Assembly (NCBI GenBank): GCA_029717555.1
Contig: JAMDHS010000038.1
Coordinates: 62,001 to 126,000, forward strand
Reading direction: 5' to 3'
Source: Peribolospora baueri
Taxonomy: Eukaryota
Length of the DNA stretch: 64,000 nucleotides
The notes below the pieces were generated by a model, which had not been told where the DNA came from, ran no database searches, and was given only the letters and a program-made list of their open reading frames with translations. The position numbers were made by a program, and so were the translations under genes. This document shows positions 51,703-64,000 of the stretch, one piece after another. Each line of letters begins with the position of its first letter. Positions within the stretch are counted from its first letter, which is position 1.

Positions 51703-54054
51703 TCAACCGTGCCCCTGTCCCTGCCACCTCCTCACCAGCAAAGGGGCCCCCTCTTCTCCCCTATTGACGTCCCAAGGCCGCGTAACGAGCCACTGACCCC
51801 TCCCTACCTTCCTGTCAGGCTGCACGCAAAACTCAAACTCGCGCACGAGCGTGGACACGATCGCCTTCGTCTCCGCCACCGCGAACCTGTGTCCGATGCA
51901 CCCGCGAGGACCTGCGAGGAAGGAGGCGGCGGGACCAAAGGTGAAACGGGCGATGGAGGCCTGAGCCGAGACGGTGGCCGGCAAGGCGGAGAGCCAGCGA
52001 TCCGGATTGAACTTGCCCGCGTCTGGGCCCCAGACGGACGGGTGCCGGTTGATGGTGGCTATGGGGATGATGACACACTGTCCCGCTTTGACAGTCACAG
52101 AACTCAGTTTGCGCTTCCCGTCGGCGGAGGTGATGGGCGTGGAAAGGGGGATTACGTCGTCTCTGATCGCCGTACGCGCGGTGTTGCTCACGGGAGCCAG
52201 GAAGCGAAGGTTTTCTTTGACGACCGCGTCTAGATACGGAAGACCTTCGAGCTGCTCGTACGTCAGCTCGGCACGGTTTGTGCGCTCAGCGGCATCAGCA
52301 TCAGTGTCGACGTCACTCGGGTCTTCCAGCTCGAACCGCTTGCGTGCCTCGATGATCTCAGCGCGGAGGCGGGATTGGATGGTCGGGTAGCAGGCCAGAT
52401 GATACATGAGCCAAGTGATGCTAGCTCTGCCCAGGTGAGAGATTCGGATGAGTGCCATTACAAGTACCACCAGCGAAATGGGAGAGGGCGCTTACGATGT
52501 GGTCTCACTTCCGGCAAATATCTGCTCATTCGGAGCAGGCCACATGGACCACCACGTCCTTCGTGTCAGTCTGAGCGCCTCACTTTCCGTTGTACAGGCC
52601 AAGGTTAACTCACCATCGTCGTGATCTGTCCGATGACCTCCGCCTCGCTCAACTTGACTTTCTCCCGGGACCCCTCGGCCATATTCGCCCTCACGAGATA
52701 AGTGAGGATGTCCTCGTGTCCGGTCCCACCTTCGACTACCTCTCCCGCCAGATCCGAGCTCCAGGCACTGCCGACAACCTTCTGGTTCGTGGACAAAGGA
52801 TCCAAGGCAGCCGCTAGGCGCATCTCAAGATCCAACTGGTGCCTAATCTCGTCCTTCCTCCTCTCCAGAATCTCCTTCCCAACGCCCTCCATCACCTTCC
52901 TGCTCCTCGCTACCTCCATTTCATTCGGATCGGGCAAGACACGCAGGCAGGGGAAGTAGGAGCATAAGACCTCCCAAATCAATTTCTTGTAGCTCACCGA
53001 TGTGGCTGCGCTGAGTGTCTTGGCAAAAGCGACCGCCAAGGGAGAGGATGAGCCAGAGCGGAGTGCGTCGAAGTCGTAGCCGAAACCGGCCTTTCCGAGT
53101 GCATCCAGCGTGGTGCGGCTCACGAGTACGAGGAGATCGATGGGCACCTCCTGAGCTCGTCCTTTTTCCCTCTCATCTCGGGCTCCCCGCTCAATACTGG
53201 CATGTGCGGACACAACTTTGGTGCCATCGGGGATCCGAGGCGACAGGGATTCCCTTTCTTTCACAGGGTCTTGGAGGATCCGCTCGAGCTTGCGAGCAAG
53301 AGAGCGCCCGCACGCGAAAAAGATAGGCACCAGGAGCTTGACGCTCTTGTCGCTGAATGCCGGTTGAAGAATGCGCTTCTGATGGCGGTGGTGTTTGCCT
53401 ATATTGGATGTCGAAAGCAGCCGACGAGCAACCAGAGTTAGAATCGTCTCGTCGATGAAGTTGCAAAGTTGCATTTGTCACGGGCCCACCTTCCGCAACG
53501 AGGAGTCCGTCTCCGGTCAACATTCTGAGCATCCTTCTGCTGTCGTCCGCCTTGGGGTAGTTATCCACATGGCTTATGAGCACATGAGCCAGCGCTTTCG
53601 GGTCGGTGAAGAGCAAACGTTCCTCGCCTAGGAAAGCATTGAACTTGGTGACGGGACCGTATACAGCAACATATCGAAGGAGACAAGCGGTGACCTCTTC
53701 CTGCTGGAAGTGGAATGAACGAAAGAAGGAGCGTCAGCCGACGGCAGGATTGATTCAGCAACTCACACGGGCTGCCCAGCGTCGAGTGTCCACATGCATA
53801 CCTGCTTCTTGCGGGGTGTGGTTTATACTCACTGTGAATTCGCCCCAGTGGCCCCACAAAGGATTCCGGTTCTTCGGCCCAGGGATGTCCCTGAGCGTGC
53901 TGATGAAGACTGGATAAAGCGCGAAGGTGTAGACCACGATGAGGAGCGACGCGAGGGGGATACCTAAAAGAACTGTGATGAGAGCTGTCCAAGGCGTAGG
54001 TGCTGAGAAGCGAATCGCGGACGGCACAGAAGTATACAGCCTGAGACCATCCAT
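51703..54054 (-). CDS. Cytochrome P450 monooxygenase, 5 exons
   Basis: N-terminal TM then LRDIPGP; GLLVAEG..HRHQKRILQPAFS; I-helix IFAGSETTS on a 26-nt exon; ExxR (ENLR); FNPDRW; heme motif FLAGPRGCIG. Confidence 0.95.
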
Positions 54055-54907
54055 GCGGTGCTAGCCAGAGTTGTCGAGGTTGGGGTTGAGAAAAGATGGT
54101 AGACGCAAAGGCGGCCTCTGCAGATAAACGTAAGCGCCGACGGCTTGAATAACCTATAGGACGCTGCCGGACTGCAGGACACAGTAATGTACGCACAATC
54201 ATGCGTTTGCCACGTCCGCTGTTCGAGCGGGGAAATTGAGTATGATGGTGGGCGGACAGGCCGAGGTCTTGGGACGGGTAAAGATGTTCAGTGCGCGCGG
54301 GGATGATATATAACCGCCGCATGACCCAACTGAGTTAAATTTATATGGTCTCGTCATCTGAACTGTGATCCATCTTCTTGCTCGCTACCGGCTGCCGAAC
54401 GTCGAGAGAAATGGAGCCTGGGCGTCGAGGCAAGCGTGATCAGCGCGTGGATAAGCGGCAATGCCCGCGGCATCGTCGAGCGACAATGGGATAACATCCT
54501 GACCCGAGTCCTCAGGGACAGGCTCCCTTTGCTTTCCTTTCCACCGTCTTAGATCTACCCAACTGGCTGGCATCTGACTGAGGTCCGGAACGTCGGTCCA
54601 TTTTGCTTTGTCTCAGACGCACCATAACGATTGACCACTTTCCTATGTGTCCTCGTCAGACCATGTCCATGGCCGGCATGGCACGGCTCCGCACAATGCT
54701 GTTAAATGTCACCCTCCAGCGCCGCTGACTTGTCTTTCTCCTACCTATGTACCAGCAGCGTCTCCTTCTTGCCACTCGCTTTTGATCTACCTTCCTTGCC
54801 CTCGCCGGTACCTTTGCCCGCCAGCACTTTCGGCTTGTTCTTTGCAGCAGCTTCAATATTACCTCGTCGAACTCTTTCTTTCCGTCTACCTAGTCCCTTC
54901 AGCCGAC

Positions 54908-57900
54908 ATGTCTCCCTCCCGCGGGATCTCAGTCGGGGCGCGCACGCCCAATGGCGGCGATGTGTCCTCCCAAAGCCTTCACCTCGAGGGCGATTTCTCC
55001 GGCGCCCCTCACGCCGTCAGCCCGCTCACCGCCGACAACATACAGGACATCGTCCAACTTACGTCTTTCCGTTTTGGAAGCGCCGCTGACAACCTCGACA
55101 GCTTGGGCACCGTACGATTTGCGAGTGGACGACGCGGCGGGAGGACGACACATGTGCCTCCTCGCTATCTGCCGGCGCGGTTGCAAACACCGGTTGTATT
55201 TACGAGACCGGTCTCTGCGTCGATGACGCACAGCCCGCTCTCACCAGATATGGCCGTCTATGGAGCATGGGCACTCTCTAACGGCGAGGAGTGGGAACGC
55301 CGGAGGGGGAGCTTATCATCCATGGCCAGCTTCGGGTCCGATGCTAATCCGTCGCTCGCCAGTTCGCGACCATATACCAGACGCCCAAGCGCAGCAAGCT
55401 CGACGTTCAGCCGAAACACCGGTTTTGCGGAGACCAAGGGCACGACGCTCGGCACTTCCGAGCTGGGATCGGAGTTGACGTGCGTGCGTGTAGTGAAGCT
55501 CCCCTACGTGGGCAGCCATGACGTCCAGAAAGGGTTTTCGCAGTTGGGCGATTTGAACTCCGGAGACTCGGACATCGACAAGACTCAATCGACCTTCGTC
55601 GCTAATCCCAGCCCGCCTGTTCCGCCTTCATCAGTCTCGCCATCGAAGTCGACGACGAAACCCAAGGCGACTTTGCTATTTCTTTTGTCACCCCTCACCT
55701 TCCGGGACTTCATCGTTCTCATCCTTCCCGCCACGGCCCTCTCATTGTTCGCTGGCGTGCTTTCACCGTTCATGACGCTGGTCCTAGGCAACGCCTTCAA
55801 CGACTTCGTCGCATTTCCGTCTTCTTCCACTCTTGCCTCAGTCTCCCCTGAGCAGCTTCAAGTGGATAAGGACCGGCTCATGACTTCTGTCACGTCTACA
55901 GCTCTGAAGCTTGTAGTATTGGCAGCGCTCACACTTCTGAGCAGTACGACCATGATCAGCCTCTGGATTTGCGTCGGTGAGATGGTCTCGCAGAGGCTGA
56001 AGGCCGAGGTATACACGTCCATCGCCGAAAAAGGTTTAAATTGGTTCGACTGCGGCATGGGCTTGGGACCGGCTGTAAAGAAGGGAGACGGAGAGGACTG
56101 CGATGCGAGCATCGGCGCAGGGGGGCTGATGGCCAAGTTCGCAAGGTAAGCGTGGGGCGAGATAGTGTACCCGCTGGTTGATCGCTGACCGGAAATCTCC
56201 TCCTTTTCATACCTTGGCTCCACACAGGGATACGGACGACGTGCGCGTCGCCTGTTCTCAGAACCTTGGCCTTTTCGTCCAATACCTGACAACTTTCTTT
56301 ACCTGTTTGGTCCTCGCTCTCTCCCAATCTTGGTCTCTCACGCTGATCATTCTCTGCTCTGTACCTCTGGTCGTCCTTGTTATGGCCATCACCGAACGCA
56401 TGGCCTACCCTCTCATCTTCCGCGAGCGACAAGCCTCAGCATTGGCGTCAGGACGAATCGAACGCGTGCTCAACGCCATACCTACCGTAAAGGCATTCAC
56501 TGCAGAGCAGTTGGAGAATGATGCTGTGAAACGGCTGCTCGAGATCAGTTCAAAGGCCTATCTTAAGGTTTCAGCCGTCTGGGCTGCACGACTTGGCGTC
56601 ACGCAATTTGCCCTATACGCCACGTTTGTCCAAGGGTTTTGGTTCGGCAACCACCTCGTTGGTACGGGCTCCATCAACGGGGGGAAAGTCATGACCGTCT
56701 TTTGGGCAAGTCTCCTGGCTAGCGCTCATCTCCAGCTGATCCTTCCGCTGCTCACCACCCTCGAGAAAGGAAAGGCGGCCATGACGAACCTGCACGAACT
56801 CATGTCTTCACGCCCACCCAGCGCTTCACCGTCTGACTCTGACGCTCACCAAACCTTCGCCACCGTTCCACTGTCCCAAAGTTTCATGGGACGCCGAGGA
56901 TCGGCAACCGCCATACCTATGCCCCTGGCAGACATCCCGTCTAGCCCGCCTCTGTCGTCCATGACCTCGATGTCTACTCAAAAGCGCCGGCCCTCCCACG
57001 CCACTAACATGGCTCCCGTCCGCTCTGTTGCTCCCCTCCGCAAGATCCGCCCAGAGGGGAGGTGCAAGGGCGAGTTTATATTTACAAACGTCTCCTTCGC
57101 CTACCCTTCACGTCCGACCGTCCCCGTGCTCCGGAACGTTGACATGTTCCTCCCTTGCGGGGAGACGACGTACATAGCTGGAGAGTCGGGATCCGGCAAA
57201 AGCACAATCGTTCAGCTTCTCCTACGCCTTTACGAACCCACGCACGGCTCGATCCAGCTGGACGATCAGAGTCTCGAGCATCTCGACTACGACTGGATGC
57301 GCGAGCAGGTAGCAGCGGTGCAGCAAAACTGCGTCGTCTTCGACATCAGCGTGCACGATAACGTCGCCCTCGGTCTCGCCGGAACGGGCGCGGTGAGCGC
57401 TGCCGAGAACTGGCGGCCGCGGCATGTATCGCGCGATGACGTGGTCACGGCCTGTCAGATGGCGCTATTGCACGATTTCGTGAGGGACCTTCCCGACGGC
57501 TATGATACCAAGCTTGGAGACAAGGGAGCCGCGCTCAGTGGTGGTCAGAAGCAGAGGTTGGCGATCGCCAGAGCTCGACTGCGTGATCCTGCCGTGCTCA
57601 TCTTGGGTATGTTGCCATGCCTCTTCGTACAGAGAGCGGAGGAAGGAATGCGGTAGCGCATGGTTGACGGATAAATCCTTGTGTGAATTTTGTTCGACGC
57701 AGACGAGGCCACTTCAGCCCTCGACACGACCTCTCGACTTCTCGTTCATGAGGCAATCAAAAAGTGGAGACAGAATAAGACGACCATCGTCATTACGCAC
57801 GACCTCACCCAGATCGGGGCCGAGGATTTCGTCTATCTCCTAGCCGACGGCCGCGTCGTCGAACACGGTTATCGCTCCGTTCTCGAGACGTACGACGGCG

Positions 57901-60317
57901 GAGCGTTCAGCACCATGACACAGCGACAATTGATGGCCGAAGACGAAAGGAGCGACAGCGCTAACGGAGAAATCGATGCAACACCTACGGATTTTGGGGA
58001 TAACCTGGGCTCTGACATTATCGAGGAACTTCAGGGCGAGCAAGACCAGGAGTGTTCACAGCCCATCAACCGACTCTCTCACAGGTTGACCGTCTTCCCA
58101 ATGTCCATTCAGAACCAGAATTTGTACGGTTTCCGACCGAAGAGCTTGTTCCCGGCCAAGTTCACCGCGTTCACCGACGTGAATGTTACTGCCATCGAGA
58201 AGACTGGCCGTCTAGCCCACGATCGTCGGTGGCCGTCTCATGGACAGTTTGTCGTTGCAGGTTCCCCGAATCGAGTGGGCAAAGGTCCTATCCGGAGGAA
58301 GTGGACTGCAGAGGAACTGCGTGGAGCGGCCGAGTCGCGAATAAGCATTGGTCGCAATTCAATTTCGCCGCAGGGCCTCAAAATAAGGTCGGAACAAGAC
58401 GTCGACATCTCCCTTTGGGACCTGTGTCGCCTCGTCTGGCGGAACACGCCGAAGCGTCTGCTTCTTTTCCTCGGCATGTTGCTGTCCGTCATCAACGGAG
58501 CGATCACTCCGGTGTTCTCCTTCATGCTCTCCAACCTCATGTCGCAAATGGCCACCCGCTCGTCCTCCTCCGACTCCTCTGCCGTCCTTCACTACTCGCT
58601 CATCATCCTGGGCCTCGCCTTCCTGGATGGTGTGACAGCCAGCGCAAAATACTATCTCATGGAATATTCCGCAGACGGCTGGGTTCGGTCGATGAGGACC
58701 CGATCCTTCCGCCTCCTGCTGGTGCAGACGAAGTCTTTCTTTGACCAAAAATCCGCAGCTGGCTTGGTGAATACCGTTGTGAAGGACGCGGACGATGCAA
58801 GAGACATTCTTGGGCAAGTCACTGGTCAAATGCTTGTCGTCGTTACCATGATCGGTCTCGGTCTCGGATGGGCGCTTGTCGCCGGTTGGCAACTCACGTT
58901 AGTAGGATGTGCCATTGCTCCGGTCTTCATACTCAGCACGACCGTTCAAGCCCGCGTGGTGAACCGGCTTGAGGGGAGGAACAAGCGAAAGCGTGAGGCG
59001 GTCACCAAGCAGTTCTATGATATGGTGTCCAACATCCGCGCCATCCGTGCAATGGCCCTCGAACACGTCTTCGTCAGCAAGTTCGAGGACGCCCTCCGCG
59101 CTGCGCATGCGTGCGGGGTGAGGGCCGCCCCCATTTCTGGTGTCGGGTACGGGCTGAGCAATGCGATGACTTACCTTGCTGAAGGTGAGAGCGCGGTGTA
59201 TCTCGGGGGATATTCTATCCATGGGACAGCCAGCTAAATCGGACAACCTTCATTTTACATCAGCTCTCATGTATTGGGTTGGCGCTCTGCTCATCGTCAG
59301 AGGCACCTATACCTTTCCACGCATGCTAGAGGTGTTTAGTTTGATTATCTTTGCCGTAACGTTTGCAGCCCAGATTCTGTCTTATCGTGAGTTATCGGGT
59401 GCCAACTACCGCAAAGTCTTTCCTGTGTCGGTCCCATTCACAAACAAACCTTTTCCCCGCGTTCTTGACATACAGTGCCTAGGCTTTCTAACGCGAAGCG
59501 AGCGGCTGCCGACATGTCCCAGCTCTTGGCACTTTCTCCCAACACGGAAGAATCAAAAGGGGACCTACGCTACCATTTCCGAGGCGAAGTCGTCTTCCAT
59601 AACGTCTCCTTCGCTTATCCGTCCCGCCCCGGCGTCCCAGTACTACAACGGGCGACTTTCTCGATCCGACCCGGAGAGTTCGTTGCTGTCGTCGGGGCAT
59701 CAGGGTGTGGCAAGTCGACTATTGCTTGCCTTCTTCAGCGTCTTTACGAACCGGCAGAAGGATTTATCACTCTGGACGGCTGCGACTTGGGGGCATTGGA
59801 CGTTAAGTGGCTGCGTCATCATATCGCCGTCGTGTCCCAGCACCCGGCCCTCTTCGACATGTCCGTATCGGAGAACATCGCCTACGGCTCCGATAAGATA
59901 GCCATGAACGAAGTCGCCACCGCGGCCAAAGCCGCTAATGTGCACGAGTTCATAGAGAGCTTGCCCGACGGCTATGACACAAACCTCGGTGACAATGCCG
60001 TCCTCGTGTCGGGCGGCCAAGCTCAACGGCTGCAGATCGCGCGGGCGCTGGTCCGCCACGCCAAGCTACTCATCCTGGACGAGTGTACGAGTGCGCTGGA
60101 CAACCAGAACCAGAAGGTGGTGCTGGACACGATCCTCAAAGTCAAGGATGGCCGCACGACGGTGATGATCACCCACAAATTGGACGTCATGAAGATCTGC
60201 GACCGAATCCTCCTCGTGCACGATGGCAGGGTCGTCGAAGAAGGCCGCTTTGACGAACTCATGTCCCGGCGTGGCGCTTTCTTTCAGCTCGCCTCGGGGG
60301 GCGAGTGGGCGGATTGA
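54908..60317 (+). CDS. STE6: Full-length ABCB transporter of the Ste6/Hst6/Mam1 lipopeptide-pheromone exporter type; 5 exons; start codon uncertain
   Basis: TMD-NBD-TMD-NBD; Walker A GESGSGKST and GASGCGKST; signatures LSGGQKQR and VSGGQAQR; GAGGLMAKFAR|DTDDVR, LILDECTSALD and the terminal LASGGEW are features I associate with the Ste6 subgroup. Confidence 0.85.
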
Positions 60318-60553
60318 ATGGAGGGCGAGCTTCTCTTTGTTACCTTTCTTATACTCCCTGTGGTGGCTCCAACCGGTTCTCAATCCTTTCTACAACATTT
60401 GTTAGCCATTTTGAAATTTGCAATTGAACTATGTGAAAAGGACGCGTCGAGACGCGCGCAAGCCGAGCTGCTGCGGTAGGCACATTCGATCGTCTCATGC
60501 CCGATTGTGTGTTGTCCTCTGTTTTGAATCATCACCCACAAACCACAGCATCG

Positions 60554-62202
60554 ATGAACGCGAACAACCGAGTGCCGCTCAAGACGGCGATGGGCAGCAT
60601 CAATGTTGTGCGGCTCTCCTCCTCCGTTTCCGCTGCTCCCTCCGGTCCAGCCAATGCTGCCCCGGCACCAGCGAGTGCTGCTCCCGGACCGTCGGCGTCC
60701 ACCTCCATAGGTCGGTATGACGGAGGACTCGAGAGGGATGATAGGGAACGCGCAGGCAGGGAAAGCATTGTGACTGGGGAGTCAGCGCAGATGCTGGCGA
60801 TGGACTCCTCCTCCTCTTGGTCGCTGTCAGACTTTGAGATCGGCAGAGGGTTGGGCAAGGGAAAGTTCGGTCGGGTATACATGGTGCGGACGAAGCGACC
60901 TCCCAAGTATATCCTCGCACTCAAGTGCCTGTACAAGGAGGAGCTCGTAGGAGCGAAGGTGGAGAAACAGCTCCGAAGAGAGATAGAAATTCAGCAGAAT
61001 TTGAGGTGAGATGATGCTTGGTGACCGTGCGCTCGCCAGTTGGCTTCTTGTGTCCTGACGACCATTGTCCCGGGCTTTGCGACGGCGTCGATACACAGGC
61101 ACCCCCATATCCTCCGCCTATACGGATACTTCCATGATGAGGTCAGAGTGTATCTCATGCTCGAGTTCGCGGGTCAAGGGGAGCTGTACAAACAATTGAG
61201 CAAACTTGGGGCCTTTAGCGAGAGACGGAGCAGTGTCGTGAGTTGTCTCGAGCCTCTTCATCGTCAGTCTATTAGGTCCTCGAAGGGTCGAGCTCTTTGA
61301 AGGTTGTCCATCTGCTGACTACCATGATCATCTTGCACTTTTTCCTTGTACTTGTTTTATTTCTTTTCTTTTCGACCAACGACGGCAGTACATTTCCCAA
61401 ATGGCGGACGCGTTATCTTATCTTCACCGAAAACACGTCATCCATAGGGACATAAAGCCTGAGAATCTCTTGCTTGGCATCAACGGCGAGCTCAAGATTG
61501 GAGACTTTGGCTGGAGCGTGCATGCTCCTTCCAATCGGTGAGTATGGCGTCATTATCAACTTCTGCCGCTCGCAAATGGCCCCAGAACCTCACTTTTCCG
61601 AACAACCCCCTCCAAATATTGTCCCCTCACCCCACACCCTCACAATAAGGCGAACGACTCTCTGCGGCACGCTCGACTACCTCCCTCCAGAGATGGTGGA
61701 GGGCAAGGACCACACGAAGGAGGTGGACCTGTGGGCACTCGGCGTGCTCACCTATGAGTTCCTCGTCGGCGTTCCGCCTTTTGAGGAGACTAGCGGACAC
61801 AAGGGTGAGTATTCATGGGGACGAACCACCCAGATCTTTGATGACTCAACTGACGTATCCCCTATTTCTGCGACTCGCCCGCCTTCCCCCACCCCCTTCC
61901 CCGCGCTTTCTTAGCGACCTACGCCCGAATCGCTCGAGTAGACCTACGCATCCCCAAGCGAGTCAGCCCAGAAGCTGCTGATCTCATCCGAAAGGTGAGT
62001 TTTGACTGTCTCCTCTTGTCTTCTGCTCGTCGGATCAACAGGCTCTTATCTTTCCGGGCTGACATTTCCTTGTCCCGCCGTCACCGAATAGCTTCTCCAA
62101 TACGAACCGAAGAAGCGCCTCCCACTCGATCAAGTTCTCCAACATCCCTGGATTCTCAAGTACAAGGCGACGAACAAGAGCGACGGGGCGAGACGCATGT
62201 AG
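60554..62202 (+). CDS. IPL1: Aurora kinase (Ipl1/Ark1), 6 exons
   Basis: [90 protein letters not shown]. Confidence 0.97.
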
Positions 62203-62237
62203 CTCAGGAGCGCAGTCGCCGCGACCTAGAATTAGAA

Positions 62238-64000
<1,763 letters not shown>

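Noticed and set aside
51703..60317. Secondary-metabolite cluster (P450 plus ABC transporter)
   Set aside because: No backbone enzyme (PKS, NRPS, terpene synthase) in the window, and the transporter looks Ste6-type.
49234..60317. Mating-type locus (pheromone exporter plus a CAAX-ending protein)
   Set aside because: No pheromone precursor, STE3 receptor or homeodomain gene found; the CAAX belongs to the Smr protein.
60442..60447. MCB element (ACGCGT) upstream of Aurora kinase
   Set aside because: Plausible, but a single hexamer that occurs elsewhere in this GC-rich window; not distinguishable from chance.

Overview
Eukaryotic, intron-rich, GC-rich DNA, most consistent with a basidiomycete fungus (GTRAGT/GTGCGT donors, CTRAC branch points, mostly 80-200 nt introns). 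The six-frame ORF track only shows exon fragments, so gene models were rebuilt by hand from splice signals and recalled family motifs; no database search was run. In order, the window holds: the 3' end of a Bin3/MePCE RNA methyltransferase, a frameshifted GNAT acetyltransferase, a SIT4-associated (SAPS) protein, TAF13, a small 3-exon Som1-like gene not visible as one ORF, SAH1, an oxysterol-binding protein, a NIPA Mg2+ transporter, an FN3-like/coiled-coil protein, RPN1, a frameshifted SAM-methyltransferase, a peroxisomal CoA-transferase III/racemase, RPL25, MAS1, a truncated secreted glycoprotein, an Hmp1/CsbD-like protein, TRS130, an Smr-domain protein ending in CAAX, a cytochrome P450, a Ste6-type ABC exporter, Aurora kinase and the 3' part of FMP40/SelO. 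I saw no rRNA, tRNA, CRISPR or transposase. The most unusual signals are: (1) a U2-type AT-AC intron in SAH1 whose retention is in-frame; (2) a 45-bp inverted repeat that starts 17 nt after the MAS1 stop and coincides with truncation of a convergent secreted-protein gene; (3) 5-, 8- and 15-nt microexons and many AAG acceptors; (4) three decaying accessory genes among intact housekeeping genes. I cannot support a claim of a new multi-gene system.
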